62,484 nt of DNA from Tubiluchus corallicola. Taxonomy: Eukaryota > Animalia > Priapulida. The stretch covers positions 1 to 62,484 of the forward strand of contig JAQGDQ010001104.1 of NCBI GenBank assembly GCA_030141605.1, given 5' to 3'. A program made the position numbers and the translations under genes. The first letter of the stretch is position 1, and every line of letters begins with the position of its first letter. The notes beneath the pieces were generated by a model, which was not told where the DNA came from, did no database searches, and saw only the letters and a program-made list of their open reading frames with translations. Below are positions 12,841-26,200 of the stretch, in pieces.

Positions 12841-15800
12841 ATGGCTAATCACAGTGATAAAGCTTTTGAAAAGGTATGTGCATCACGTGAGTTTTACAAG
12901 CCGTAGTGTTACATTCAATTTTGACGGCTAAAAGGCTTGAATGTTTTATTTCTTGGCGTTTGTAACAAATTGTAAATTTACAATTTGTAAAAAAAATAAT
13001 TTGTGTTCTAAAATTTAACAAAGAATTCTAATAGGATTACTATAAAATGTCTTTGTTGCTTATTTCTTAGCGTTTGCAAAAAACTGTGTGTGAAATTGAT
13101 GATTTAATCGCTAACCAACAACGTTGATAAGAAATCGCCCAAAAAGATCTTCAGCCTTTTATTTCTTAGCTTTTGCATCGGATTTAACAGGAATTAATTG
13201 ATTATTTAATTACTTACACACAAAAACACAATAAGAAACTACTCAAAAAATGTCTGTGTTGCTTAATTCTTAGCGATTTCAACGAATTATGCAACGAAGT
13301 AATTGGCGTTTTAAAGCCTAAAAAAACAAATATAGGTTTTACACGTCAAATGTAGACACAGGAAACTTCAAATGTGACTTAGGTAAGTCAAATGTAGATG
13401 CATTACTTTGAATAAATAGGTAATTAGCTCATTTAAGTGCAAATAACAAAAAGATAAACCAAAGATTGTAATCACCTCTTTCATAACTTTGAAAAATGTG
13501 TTGTTTATCCCTTCCCAATGAACAGTGAATCACTAATTAGTTTTTTAAGTAATGCATTAGCACTGCATTAATGAATTAGTTTCTCTCAAGAAACATTGTT
13601 TATTTTAAGAATGCATTTTTTTCTCTAACAGTTCCAATGGTATGTAAAGTTTACAAAAATATTAGTGAACCATTAGTAGACCTATAAAGTTATTATTTTC
13701 ATAGCAGTTATTAAATCAAGATTAAAGGAGATTAAATTTTACTTCCTTAAACTTTACCACCTATCCACATTTGAGATACCAATGTCACATTTGACTTGAC
13801 ATGTGTCTACATTTGACTTACCAAAAACGCTTAAGATTTGTTGAAAACCATTGTTAACACATTTGAACTACCTAAGTCTACATTTGAGTTACCAAGACAC
13901 ATTTGAATTACCTAAATCTACATTTGAGTTAACGCAGGTCTACATTTGACATGTAAAACCTATAGAAATGACATAAAAGGTGTTTGTCGGACAAAGCTTT
14001 CAGAATAAAAAGAATTATTAAACACTGTATAAGTCTTGCAAATGTATTAAGCTGTTGTTAAAGGTAATTACTTAACTTTTTCGCTGTGTAAAGTATTGTA
14101 AACGTATTAGGCTGTGATAAAAGCAAGTGAATAACTAGTTTGCAGTCCACTAATTCCCTAATTATTCAGAAATTAATTCATTCAACCTGTTTTCCAGAGA
14201 TAGGTCTATTTAGGCCCGTTTAGGAAATTTCTCTCTGGAAAAATGGACAGTACATACAAATGTTTTTTCCCACTTAACCATCGACAGATATTAATGATGT
14301 ATTGTAATATGTGAAATGTTTGAACTAAGCAAACTAAAAACGTTGTTTTTCTGTATAGATAAAACTTTACATCGTATACTAACCCACAGGGCCTATTTCG
14401 GGGGAGGGGGAGTGGGGATACTTCCCCGGGGCCTCACCCTCCAGGGGGGTCTCGTGTCGAGGTAACATTTATTTGACAAGTATTAAGGACTGCTCTTGAG
14501 AATAAAGCAGTTTTTCTTTCAATTGTTCTTTCTTTTAACAACTGTATAACTACATATTTTCTCTTCGAAAATGCTTCTCTGGCGTTCTAGCAGTTCAAAA
14601 ATTTTCATGGCCCCGAGGGGACCTCACACGCCACACTTCCCCGGGCCTCGCTTAGGCTGAAATAGGCCCTGCTAACCCATCATGTGACGTTTAACACAAT
14701 CAGTCGACTGTGTATATATTATTGTAATAATTGTCGTCTATCATAGTGTTTTTTAAAATAGTTCGTTAATTTTTTTTTTTTTTATCACAGCAAGAAACAA
14801 CATGTCGTTCTAAGAACAACATTAAAAACCGAATTTATTTTTTTTTGTAGCTGCACTAACACACTCTCCGAAACTTGACCTTTAGGAATAACATGAAAAA
14901 TAAACAAATAAAAACGTCGATTGCAAAAATACATAAAATCAATAATGCAGGAACCAAATTAAATTCACACTGTTTTTGGTGCTTGTTTCTTGGCATTTGA
15001 AAAGAATTAGGTCAGGTATATTTGTTGAAATAATTGCTAGCAAAAATATAACGTTAATGAGAAACGACTTCAAAAAGTCTTTGTTTATTATTTCTTGGTA
15101 TTTGCAACGCAATTACAGTATTTAGTTGGTGATTTAATGTTTACAAACAAGGCTAATGATAAGAAACTACTGAAAAAGTTCTTGTTTGGTTTTTTGCGCT
15201 TTGAACTAATCATGTCAGGAATTAATTGGTGTCTTAAGCTCTGTAAGAAACTATTCATGAAGATCTTAAACGGTTTTCATAGCATTTGCAAGTGATTACT
15301 TTTAAAATTAATTGTATAATAATTAATACTATTATTAATAACAATAATCTTAATAATCTTTCAACATTTTTAAAACTGATACCTTTCTTGCCGCTTTAAT
15401 AATAAGTTTTGACCAACATTTATTCTCTCTCTCTCTCTTCTTTCTTCCTCTCTCTCTCTCTCCATTTCTCTCTCGCCCCTCTCTCTCTTTTTCTCTCTCT
15501 TTCTCTCTCTCTCTTTCTTTCTCTCTCTCTCTCTCGCTCCTCTCTCTCTCTTTCTCTCTCTCCTCTCTCTCTCTCCTCTCCTCTCTCCTCTGTCTGTCTG
15601 TCTGTCATTATTCATCATTATTTACAATATTATTATTATTATTTATTAATATTATTGTTTATTACACAAAGTACTGATGGAACAACATCGAATTTCCATG
15701 CTTATAAAAAATTTGCGTACAGGCCTCTGGTGGCCTTCACACCCAACTTACGGAATATGTTAGGAACAGCGACTCGCAAAACTCATGCAAGATCTTTTTC

Positions 15801-17139
15801 CAACACCAGCTGTTTCACAAGCGTGTCTGTTGAACGGGTTTGGGGTTGGTTGAAGTTGAAGCGTGCAGGGTTGAGGTCCGGTGAATTTACACGCCATTCA
15901 ATTTAATAGAAAAAAAGAGCAACTCGGAGTTCAGGTCGCTGCCCCGACATTTCAAGGTTAACAGCTGTAAAAACTTTGAGGGCATGATAGGCTCGCTATT
16001 GTTTCAGCAGCACTTTGATGTAGTCCTACTGAATTATTTTGCATAGAAAAAAATTACATAAGAAAGACCAGTTTATTTTCACCAACGTACAGGGCCTATT
16101 TCAGCCTAAGCGCCGGGGGCGGGATGGTTGGCGCCTAGAAAATTTTTGAACTGCTAGAACGCCGGAGAAGCATTTTCGAAGAGAAAATATGGAGTTATAC
16201 AGTATGTTCGCAAAAAAATAATGTTACCTCGGCGCGAGGCCCCCCTGGAGGGTGAAGCCCCGGGGAAGTATCCCCACTCCCCCCCCCCTGAAATAGGCCC
16301 TGCCAACGTATCTTGGTGGATTAATCATAATAATTAACTATAGGTTTTACATGTCAAATGTAGACCTGCGTTAACTCAAATGTAGATTTAGGTAATTCAA
16401 AGGTGTCTTGGTAACCCAAATGTAGACTTGGGTAGTTCAAATGTGTTAACAATGGTTTTCAAGAAATTTTAAGCGTTTTTGGTAAGTCAAATGTAGACAC
16501 ATGTCAAGTCAAATGTGACATTGGTATCTCAAATGTGGATAGGTGGTAAAGTTTAAGGATGTTAAATTTAATCTTCTTTAATTTTAATTTAATAATTGCT
16601 CTTAAGACTGTGAAAATAATGGCTTTATAGGTCATCACTAATATTCTGTAAACTTTGAACTATAAACTGTAAATTATAGATTTTCGTCAACCATTCAGTG
16701 TTTAATAGAAGCCCCTGTCTTTTACTGCTGTGTTTCGGTAATTATGCGGTAATTTTCATCTGCTCGTGAGCAAGTTTTACCTCATGTGCTGGTCTCCAAA
16801 ACTGAAATTTTCAGATAAAATATCTGTTTTGCAAATGACAAAATTATAAATTATCCAAGCAAAGAATAGAAATGAATGGAAACGTTAAGTTATATTCCCC
16901 GTGTGCCAGGTTGTCTAACCGTCTGGGCAAGACATGTAATCCTAATGCTTTTTAGTTCGAACAGTCAAACAACAATGTTGCAGTTTTTCAAAAAATAATC
17001 AGTTTGAGCAGGCTGACGGTCATATTTCTTAAGTTAAACCTAATCTGACAGTGCTACTAGCGTGCAATAATAGGTCAGTCAAAATAGATTTTTCTTCATG
17101 GCCCAATCCATCCATCCATCCATCCATCCATCCATCCAT

Positions 17140-17175
<36 letters not shown>

Positions 17176-19369
17176 CCGTCCGGTGCCTAAATCCCTTTTA
17201 TATCAGGGCGAGTAGCAATGTATATTGTACTACTAGGCTAATTTCTACTCAAAAACGCTAAGGCGCACACATATGCTTGCTCTACTGCTACAACACCACA
17301 AAACAAATTTGGGTTTATAAATTTTATACCGCCATTACACCCAGCTAAATATACATTACTCTTTATCTTTTCAGCTTTAAAGTTATACATTCACTATGCT
17401 TCTTCTTTTGACCATTATGTCCTTCAGTAGGCAGACTGCATAAATTTCTCCCTCTCCAAATAACAGCCATCTCAAGTATTCTTCATCAGTTACTCCTTGC
17501 CAAGGGACCTTGTTTCTCATCTGTGTGTACAATTCACAAATGTTAGGACGGCTGTCGACATCTCTGCTGAGTGTCCTCTAGTTTGTTTGGGAGTTTGGGG
17601 AATAAAAATCAACCACCATCGTTGCCGGAAAACGAATATTGCCTAACGTCATCATGTATAAGACAATGGTGATGACGTAGTTATACCGATTGTCATTTAT
17701 TCCAATTTGCACAATTAGTATTCTATTTTCTGTTTTCAGGATACGAAAAATAAAACAAAAGCCAAAGATGGGGAGCCAATGTTCGTTGACGACGTGCTTG
17801 ATTATTTTGGACGATACGGTCGTGTGCAAATGGTAGTGTTTTTGCAAATCAGCTATTACATGCTCATCTCGGCGTGGCATGCTTTGGGAATCTCTTTTCT
17901 TGGAGCGACTCCAGATCACCATTGCAAAGTACCTCCAGATTCAGACTATATCATACCAGTTGAGTACAATGCTAATGGTGAAAAGGTGATAGACAAATGT
18001 CACCTTTTGAACATAACTAGCAACGATCTTGTCAAGTGTCCTTATGGTTGGTGGTATAGCGATGAGTCCACGATTGTGGCTGAGGTATATTACGGTTGCA
18101 TTGAAATTATGAAAGATGTCAAGCAGTGCTTCACTCTAAGATCAGTTCTTAAAATACAATGTTTTTTAAGTTAAAAGTCAACTGATTAGTCCTATTTACA
18201 TCGACAACTTAACTTCTACTAAAAATTTTAAAATTTTCGTGCTGTTAATGTTATTTATTAGAGATCAATATTTTTCGGCGCGCGGTAAGTTTGGTACAGA
18301 AAAGTTTGGTACGGGTAATTTTGGCACAAGGAAATTTTGGCACCGGGAAAATTTGGTACTAGAAATTTTTGGTATGCGGTAATTCTAGTACTGGGTTAAA
18401 TTTGGTACAGGGAAAATATGGTACTAACGAAGTTTTGTCGGGCATTTTTGGTACAAGTAAAAATTTTTGCACAAAACTTTCTTTCTTTGAACCAAATTTC
18501 CAAGTAAAAAACCTTCCTAATAACAAATTTTCCTCGTACCATATTTTCCCAGTGCCAAAACTTCCTTGCGCCAATATTTCAAGGTAGTACTAAACAACCC
18601 TGGTACCATATTTTCCTCGTATCAAACGTTCCTCATACCAAATATACCTGTATCAAAATTATTACATACCGAAAATTCCTAGCACCAAATTTTCTAGGTA
18701 CCAAAATTTCCTCGTACCAAAATTACCTGTACGAAACTTACTTGTACCAATCTTTGGTTACTTTACAGTGGGACTTGGTGTGTGACAAAACCATACTTGT
18801 CCAGACGTCACAAGCGGTCTACATGGGTGCTAGAATGGTTGGTGCTTTGATAGCACCCACAATAGCCGATTATGTGGGGCGCAAGTACGTGGTAATTATC
18901 TGTGGAGTAGTTTGGGGAGTCATTGGTATTATTGTGGCATTCGTCGACGACTTCATCCTTTTCACTGTTCTGCGAGGAGCAATTGCTGCTTCAGAGATGG
19001 TAAGTTTGGAATACCCTGCCATCAAATTTAAAACAAATCAAGTCTTTCGACGAATTCAAATCAAAATTAAAAATACGTACATTAAATCGTTTTGAAAACC
19101 CAACATACGTAAACGATAATATATATTCATCCACAAATTTTATTTATCCATGTCCATTTTAAATTATATGTATATATTGTATATAGTCTATTATAATTTC
19201 CATGTAATATTATAATGTATAATTTGTTTTAAATTTTTGGCACAGTAGTTTTTAGTTTGCACTGGACGCATTTGCCTTTAACAGTTGTGTGAATTTTATT
19301 CTCAAGCTGCGATGTTGTTTTATGCTTTTATAGTTATGAATATCGATTTTATATGGCAAATAAAGATTG

Positions 19370-19408
<39 letters not shown>

Positions 19409-20135
19409 TAGACTGTAAAATCTCGCTAGCTTACGTTTTCTACTTTTCGCCAAGTCACTATCCCACGGCCAAGAATATGATGGCTACTATGAATATGAGT
19501 ATGAATACTGATTTCGTGATGAATTCATTAATGACATTATGACGTTGAATTCAATTTGTAACAGAGTTTTTAGTTTTTACTGACACCGGGTCATTAGTTC
19601 AATCTACCATCGTTCAAGATTCATGGTTCGTTCATTACACTTAACACACTGCCGGTAATAATTTCTACAGTGCCTTAAAAAGCACACGTTCAGAGCGTTG
19701 GATGCCAAAGTCACAAGGTACCCTGACGGTTTGACAAGAAAATTGAAAGGCGAAATAGCGATAAAACGAGCAAACAGTTCTTGTCAGTCCGGGATAGTAA
19801 TGGAAGAGGAAAAGTTGGAAGAAAAAGAAAAAAGTAAATTTGACTGACTAGAAGATTTGACGAGTGTCAAGATGAGTGACCGACCATATGAAATAAATAT
19901 ATTGTACAATTAGTCTTACAGCCTGAAAACTATTGCTGTACCAATGCAAGTCTTAAGATAACTTTTCGATAAAATACTAAAAATACTATTTAAGAGAATG
20001 TAGGGAGTCTATCTATCTATCTATATAGAATCTATCTATCTATCTATCCATCCATCCATCCATCCATCCATCCATCCATCCATCCATCCATCCATCCATC
20101 CATCCATCCATCCATCCATCCATCCATCCATCCAC

Positions 20136-20233
<98 letters not shown>

Positions 20234-20244
20234 CTATCTATCTA

Positions 20245-20332
<88 letters not shown>

Positions 20333-22408
20333 ACGTCTTCACCAAAGTTTGTGCTGACAATAAAATTATTTTTGTAAATAAATTTGGGGGAGGGACAAAA
20401 AGACTTTGAGGAAAGGGCTTACATTTCCTTTAAGTATAACTATTAAACAAGAACATTATCTCCTTCCAGGTTAAGTGATACATGATGAACGACTAAAATT
20501 CGAATTTTTATTTTTAATAGGGAGGTTTACTTGTAGCCTACTGTTTAGTATCCGAGTACTACAGTACAAGACATCGAGCATTTGCAGCTAATGGGATCTA
20601 CCTGTCCTGGGCTGTGGGCCTCATGACGCTGCCTGGAATTGCATATCTTGTCCCCAATTGGCGATATTTGCAGTTGATCATTTCTGCTCCTCTTTTGCTG
20701 ATTGCGACTGGATACTGGTAAAAGATTATAATTTCTTTCAAAATTTTTAGCACGTCTAGCGATCCGCTCTAGGCACTTCCTATTCCTGAGCCACCACCCA
20801 TAGCCCACGTGCATGAACTGTCTACTGTACAGTAAGTTAATGTACTGAATCTACTGACCACAGCATACGTAAACTAAGCTGATAGAGAGACCAGCTGCAA
20901 AAGCGTATATAGACGTTGTTTATGGACAGAATAAGCCACTGCATGGGCAATAAGAAGATGTGTAAGCAATATAAGCAATATAATACTAGTTGCTTAGCAA
21001 TCATAGGTCAAAGTCTAGACATCCTATCACAACATCTCGTTTATTTTGCATAGGACTATTCCCGAGTCTATCCATTATCTGGTCGCCCAAGGCCGATTAG
21101 AGGAAGCTGCAGACCTTGTGATAATGAAAGCCAAATTTAGCAGAATTTCGCTTCCAGAAGGCCTCAAATTGAAGGCACCCCAAGAAGAGCAGCTGAGTGA
21201 AACTAACGAAAGAACCAAGAATAATCTAATAGGGGTGGCGCTGACACCATATTTAAGGACCTATGCATTTTTCATGGTGCTAGTGTGGTAAGAACGATGT
21301 CGAATTCTAGAATTCAATTATGTAGCTTATTATTAATAAAATTTCCAGGACTTTATTAAATTTATGAAATCTCTCACATTTGACTTCATACCTCTGTAGA
21401 AGCTCCCGGGATATGAGCCTTGTGTTACTTAACCCTTTCAGGCCCAAATTATTTTTTTAATAAGAAAAAAATTTTTGGCTTGGTACTTTTGTTCAGTATA
21501 TCCATCTTGTTTACATAATAATTATTTTTTTCTACCTGTGCCCGCGTGCTAAATATAGCCTGTATCCCACGGGATACATTGGGATTCAATGGAAGCATAA
21601 AATGTGATTCATTTTGCAACTGCTGATAATTTTTTAAAGTAATTAAGACATTTAGTATGCATGCTATGCTGATCTGTACGAAGTCGTCTCTAAAGTACTG
21701 TACCTTACACAGTTTTTTGTGTTATGTAGATTTTCTAGTTTACCATTTTATCACTATTTTTAGTATATTGTTATTGGCTTAAATCAAAATAACTATTAAC
21801 AGATCAAATAACTGTCAGTTTTAGAATTTTATTAATTTTAAAGGCATAAAATATTCTCGTATCCCACGGGATACAACGGGTATGAAAGGGTTAAACAAGC
21901 CTTAAAAACACTTACACAGTCACACACCGATGAGACGAATTTTAATATGCATTGTGTGGTCTGCTATGTTATTCGTTTGACTAGCATATCATCGAATTTT
22001 GTAGGTTTGTCAATGCGCTAGTCTATTTTGGTTTATCTTTGGGAACAAACACATTAGCAGGAAACAGATATCTCAACTTTTTTCTCTCTGGAGTCATAGA
22101 AATACCAGCTTACGCAGCTTGCATGTATTTGCTGAAACCGTAAGTAGATCTGTACTTCTTTATCCTGACCGAAGTCATAAAGAAAGTTAGGTGATGTATG
22201 TCTTTTTAGAGGACATTTCCGAATTTTTGTTTGCGTGTTATGATCGTCGATCATTGTGTCGACATTTGCATTTTGTCTGTTAGGCTATCATTGTTACATG
22301 AAAATCACCCTTTTCACCACCACCTCTCCATCGTTGTCGTCACCGTCATCACCTTTTTCACCACCGCCTCGCCATTACTGTCGTCGTCGTCGTCGTCATT
22401 ATCATCAG

Positions 22409-22447
<39 letters not shown>

Positions 22448-22976
22448 ATTCTTCTCTTTATTGTACTCTTTGTTGTGTAAGATACAACCAGCGTTACTAC
22501 TACCATAGTTCTCTTTGATTCATCATTATTGTTATAATCATTAGCATTGTTATTAACTTTTTTTGTGCATTTTTTTGTAAATTAGCCAGTTAAAACTAGC
22601 TTATCCCTTAGCCAACCACTTACGACAATTCTGTCTGCGTAAATCTACACATTGCTTAGAATATCAACATTATATGTATTTATTATGCCTTTATGTCCAT
22701 GATATTTATGTTCAAATTTAAACTTAATCTCAATAGTTTTACACACCTTATTCTGAAATCTTCGTCAAGATAATTGCGCGTATTACTAATGGCAACATTA
22801 CTTACAGGGTGGTTGACTTTGGTAACTTTTAGTTTTTCGCCACCCTTTCACCAATCACTTGAACATCATTAACTCAGATAATTTATTCATTTAATAATCT
22901 TGTCACTTTGTATCATATTATCATATTATCGTTTCATGCTTTGTGTTTTTCTAGTAAAAAAGGTGATAAATAAAGA

Positions 22977-23051
<75 letters not shown>

Positions 23052-23110
23052 CTACCTACCTACCTACCTACCTACCTACCTACCTACCTACCTACCTACC
23101 TACCTACCTG

Positions 23111-23163
<53 letters not shown>

Positions 23164-23228
23164 CTACCTACCTACCTACCTACCTACCTACCTACCTACC
23201 TACCTACCTACCTACCTACCTACCTACC

Positions 23229-23271
<43 letters not shown>

Positions 23272-26200
23272 GACATTGATTTGCCAAATCTACTTTAATT
23301 TGGCGAAAAAATCAGTAGTATGCCAGCGCCCAACATCGCGGCCAGATCTAGAAGGTTTAGATTTTCGTATGAAAAATTGAAGGGTCTTTCACAAATCATT
23401 TTTTCTAGATGGGGGCGGAGAATTCCTACGTTGGCTCTTCATGTAATAGCCGGCCTTCCGTTACTCATTACTTATTTTATCCCAGAGAAAACTGGTAAGT
23501 ATCGATGTTTCACCATTGCCTAATTATTTAGATCAATAAGTTAGGTCATGTATATACTTATGATCCTTGCATAGCAGGTCATGTGTGTTTGTTTGTTTGT
23601 ACAACTGCTTCCAACTTTGCTGGTAAACGATGTTAGTTTACTATTATGCCTATAGTATCATATGAATTTACCGCTGTGCTCAAGCATAAGCTGCCGAATT
23701 TGTGCAGTACGGTACGTCACAAACTAACACATCTGAACTGTGAGGTGCAGCACCTGTTTCTAGCGCAATGCGTTTCCGAAATGCAGGCGTGAGCGCCCGT
23801 GTATTTCCACATATTGATGCAGTACTATACGGTTTGGTAAGCAAAAGTGAACGTGTTTGTAATAGTTCAAATAGCAAAATGATGCAAGACTTTGGCAGAC
23901 GTCATCATTAAATTCTTACAAAGAATGTAAATTCTACTCCACAAATAGTCACCATAAAAGATGACAAAACATGACCTATGCATTGCAACAATAATCCAAA
24001 AACCTTTGAGATATGAGACTTAAAAAGCAAAACCGGACCCAATCTTAAACTGTAGGTAAAAATAATCTACTCTTTAAAATATTGAAAGGAAACATACTGT
24101 TTTTTTCAAAAATGACTTTCATAAAAGAATTATAATTACACAAACACAATTTCGCATTCGCGCTACTAGTTCTTTGCTCTTACATGCATTTTGCCATCCG
24201 CTAGTTAGACGGGCACTCACGCCTGCATTTTGGAAACGCATTGCGCAAGAAACAGGTGCTGTACGTACCTCTCAGTTCAGATGTGAGGTACTGCACACGT
24301 TTGACAGCTCATGCTTGAGCACAGCGGTAAATTTGAAATTTGAATTTTTATCTTGAAACTTGCCTAATTTTAGTGCAACACACTGAATATCTTACAGTAG
24401 CAATTTTCTCTTTTACAAACACGTGCAACACGCTCGTGGAATAATTTTGCTGTTGAAAATTATGTTAGTTTGTGATGTCATCAGCAGTTGGACTCGCCCT
24501 TCGTTAATTCTTTAATTAAGTTTCTAATCTGTAATTTAATTATCAAAAACGCCTTTGCAGTATTAATTGTATTAAAATGTATTCTTTTTATCGGATTTGA
24601 AAATGGGGTAGTATATGAAAAATCATCATGTCTTCATAATACGTAAGATAAGATAATGCGTATCTAACGTAAGATATCTTCGTAAGATAATGCGCATATA
24701 ACGTAACTGTGACATTGTGTAGCTTTTTGTATTTTATTTTCGTCACACGTAGTTAGTTAAGCCACAAAATCGATGACGACTCTCCGTAGTTGTTACAGTT
24801 ATTGTCAAAACTTGAATATTCTGAACGATGACCTATGAATAAGACCTATTACCTATGAAGTAGATAACAGAATTTGATCTAGATCTGGGTCTTCTGCATT
24901 CTCTAGATACACATTTAGCGAATTGTAACGATGTTTGTCACACAGAACTTGTGACAGAAAGAAAGAACATTACCTTTGTAAGAGTAAGCCACATTGACCA
25001 CTGATGCACCCAAGTCATTTGGCAATTCGGTTTCGAATTCTTCATCTTTACTGTACTCGTTGTTTATCTATGACACCATTAACCTCACTAGAAACATGAT
25101 TGTTATAATCAAAATTCTTATAATTATAGCGTAGTTATCTTTTTTTTAGTTTTTTAACGATTTTGTAAATTAGCCAGTAAAAGCAAATGATATGTTGCAA
25201 CATTTTGTGATTATTCAAAAGTCATTAGTCATTATTCATACGGCATTGTTCAAAAGTCAACGACAAGTACACACTCTGGCCACTTAATTATTGCCTTTGA
25301 AACACCGATGTTTACTTAGCGTAGTTAAGCTATATTTTTTCAAACAATAACTATATTTTCCACGTGAACTTTTCGACGACTCAATAAAAATTCATTTATA
25401 AAGATATCATCCTAGTTATACGAAATTTGGGTAAAAATTGACCTTGCAATTCGAAAGTTACTTCAACATTGTTCACAAAAATACCAAGTGTGAATTAAAC
25501 TAACCATAACTGCAAAATGGCCGTGATTTGGCGGTGGTGATAAGTTTGATAATCACGTGGAATTTTTTATTAAAGTGAATTTTGCTAACAAATGCATGCT
25601 TCAATAATGATACAGAACAAGAATCATTGTTGCAGGCGACACGGACTTATCGCCATTGATAACTACACTGAACCTTATAGGAAAGTTTGGCATCACTGCA
25701 ACGTTTAGCGCCATCTATTTGATCACTTCAGAAATTTATCCAACAGTTGTGCGGTAAGTACAATTTACTGTTTCTTCTATTCTACCTGATTATCAAAATT
25801 GCTATGATTATAGCAATAGTTATCATCCATTAAAGTTTTATAGTTTATTAGTGATTTTGTAAATTAGCCAGTAAAAACTGGCTTAGCCATGTGATATGTC
25901 GTAACATTAATATCATCGATTTCATTGTATCTGTATCTTCTGGTCCATTCGACAACGGTCGCAGGCTTAGGTCAACTAACAACTTTACTAAACTAACTAA
26001 ACTAAAAGAAAAACGAAGCGTTTTTAACTAAAAGAAAAAGAAAACCTTAAATAAAAATGGAAACTGTCGTTTGTTATTAAAATGAATTAGTTCATATGCA
26101 GTCGACACCTGGCTAACTATAGGCAAGTGAAGATGTTCTTATTATTAGTATTTGAAAATGTTTCTGAAACTGTTATAGGCAATTCTTGCTATTTTTATGT

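Noticed and set aside
15905-15960. Pol III small RNA ending in a T-run on the minus strand
   Set aside because: No recognisable RNA family; overlaps the degraded Tc1-like transposase fragment
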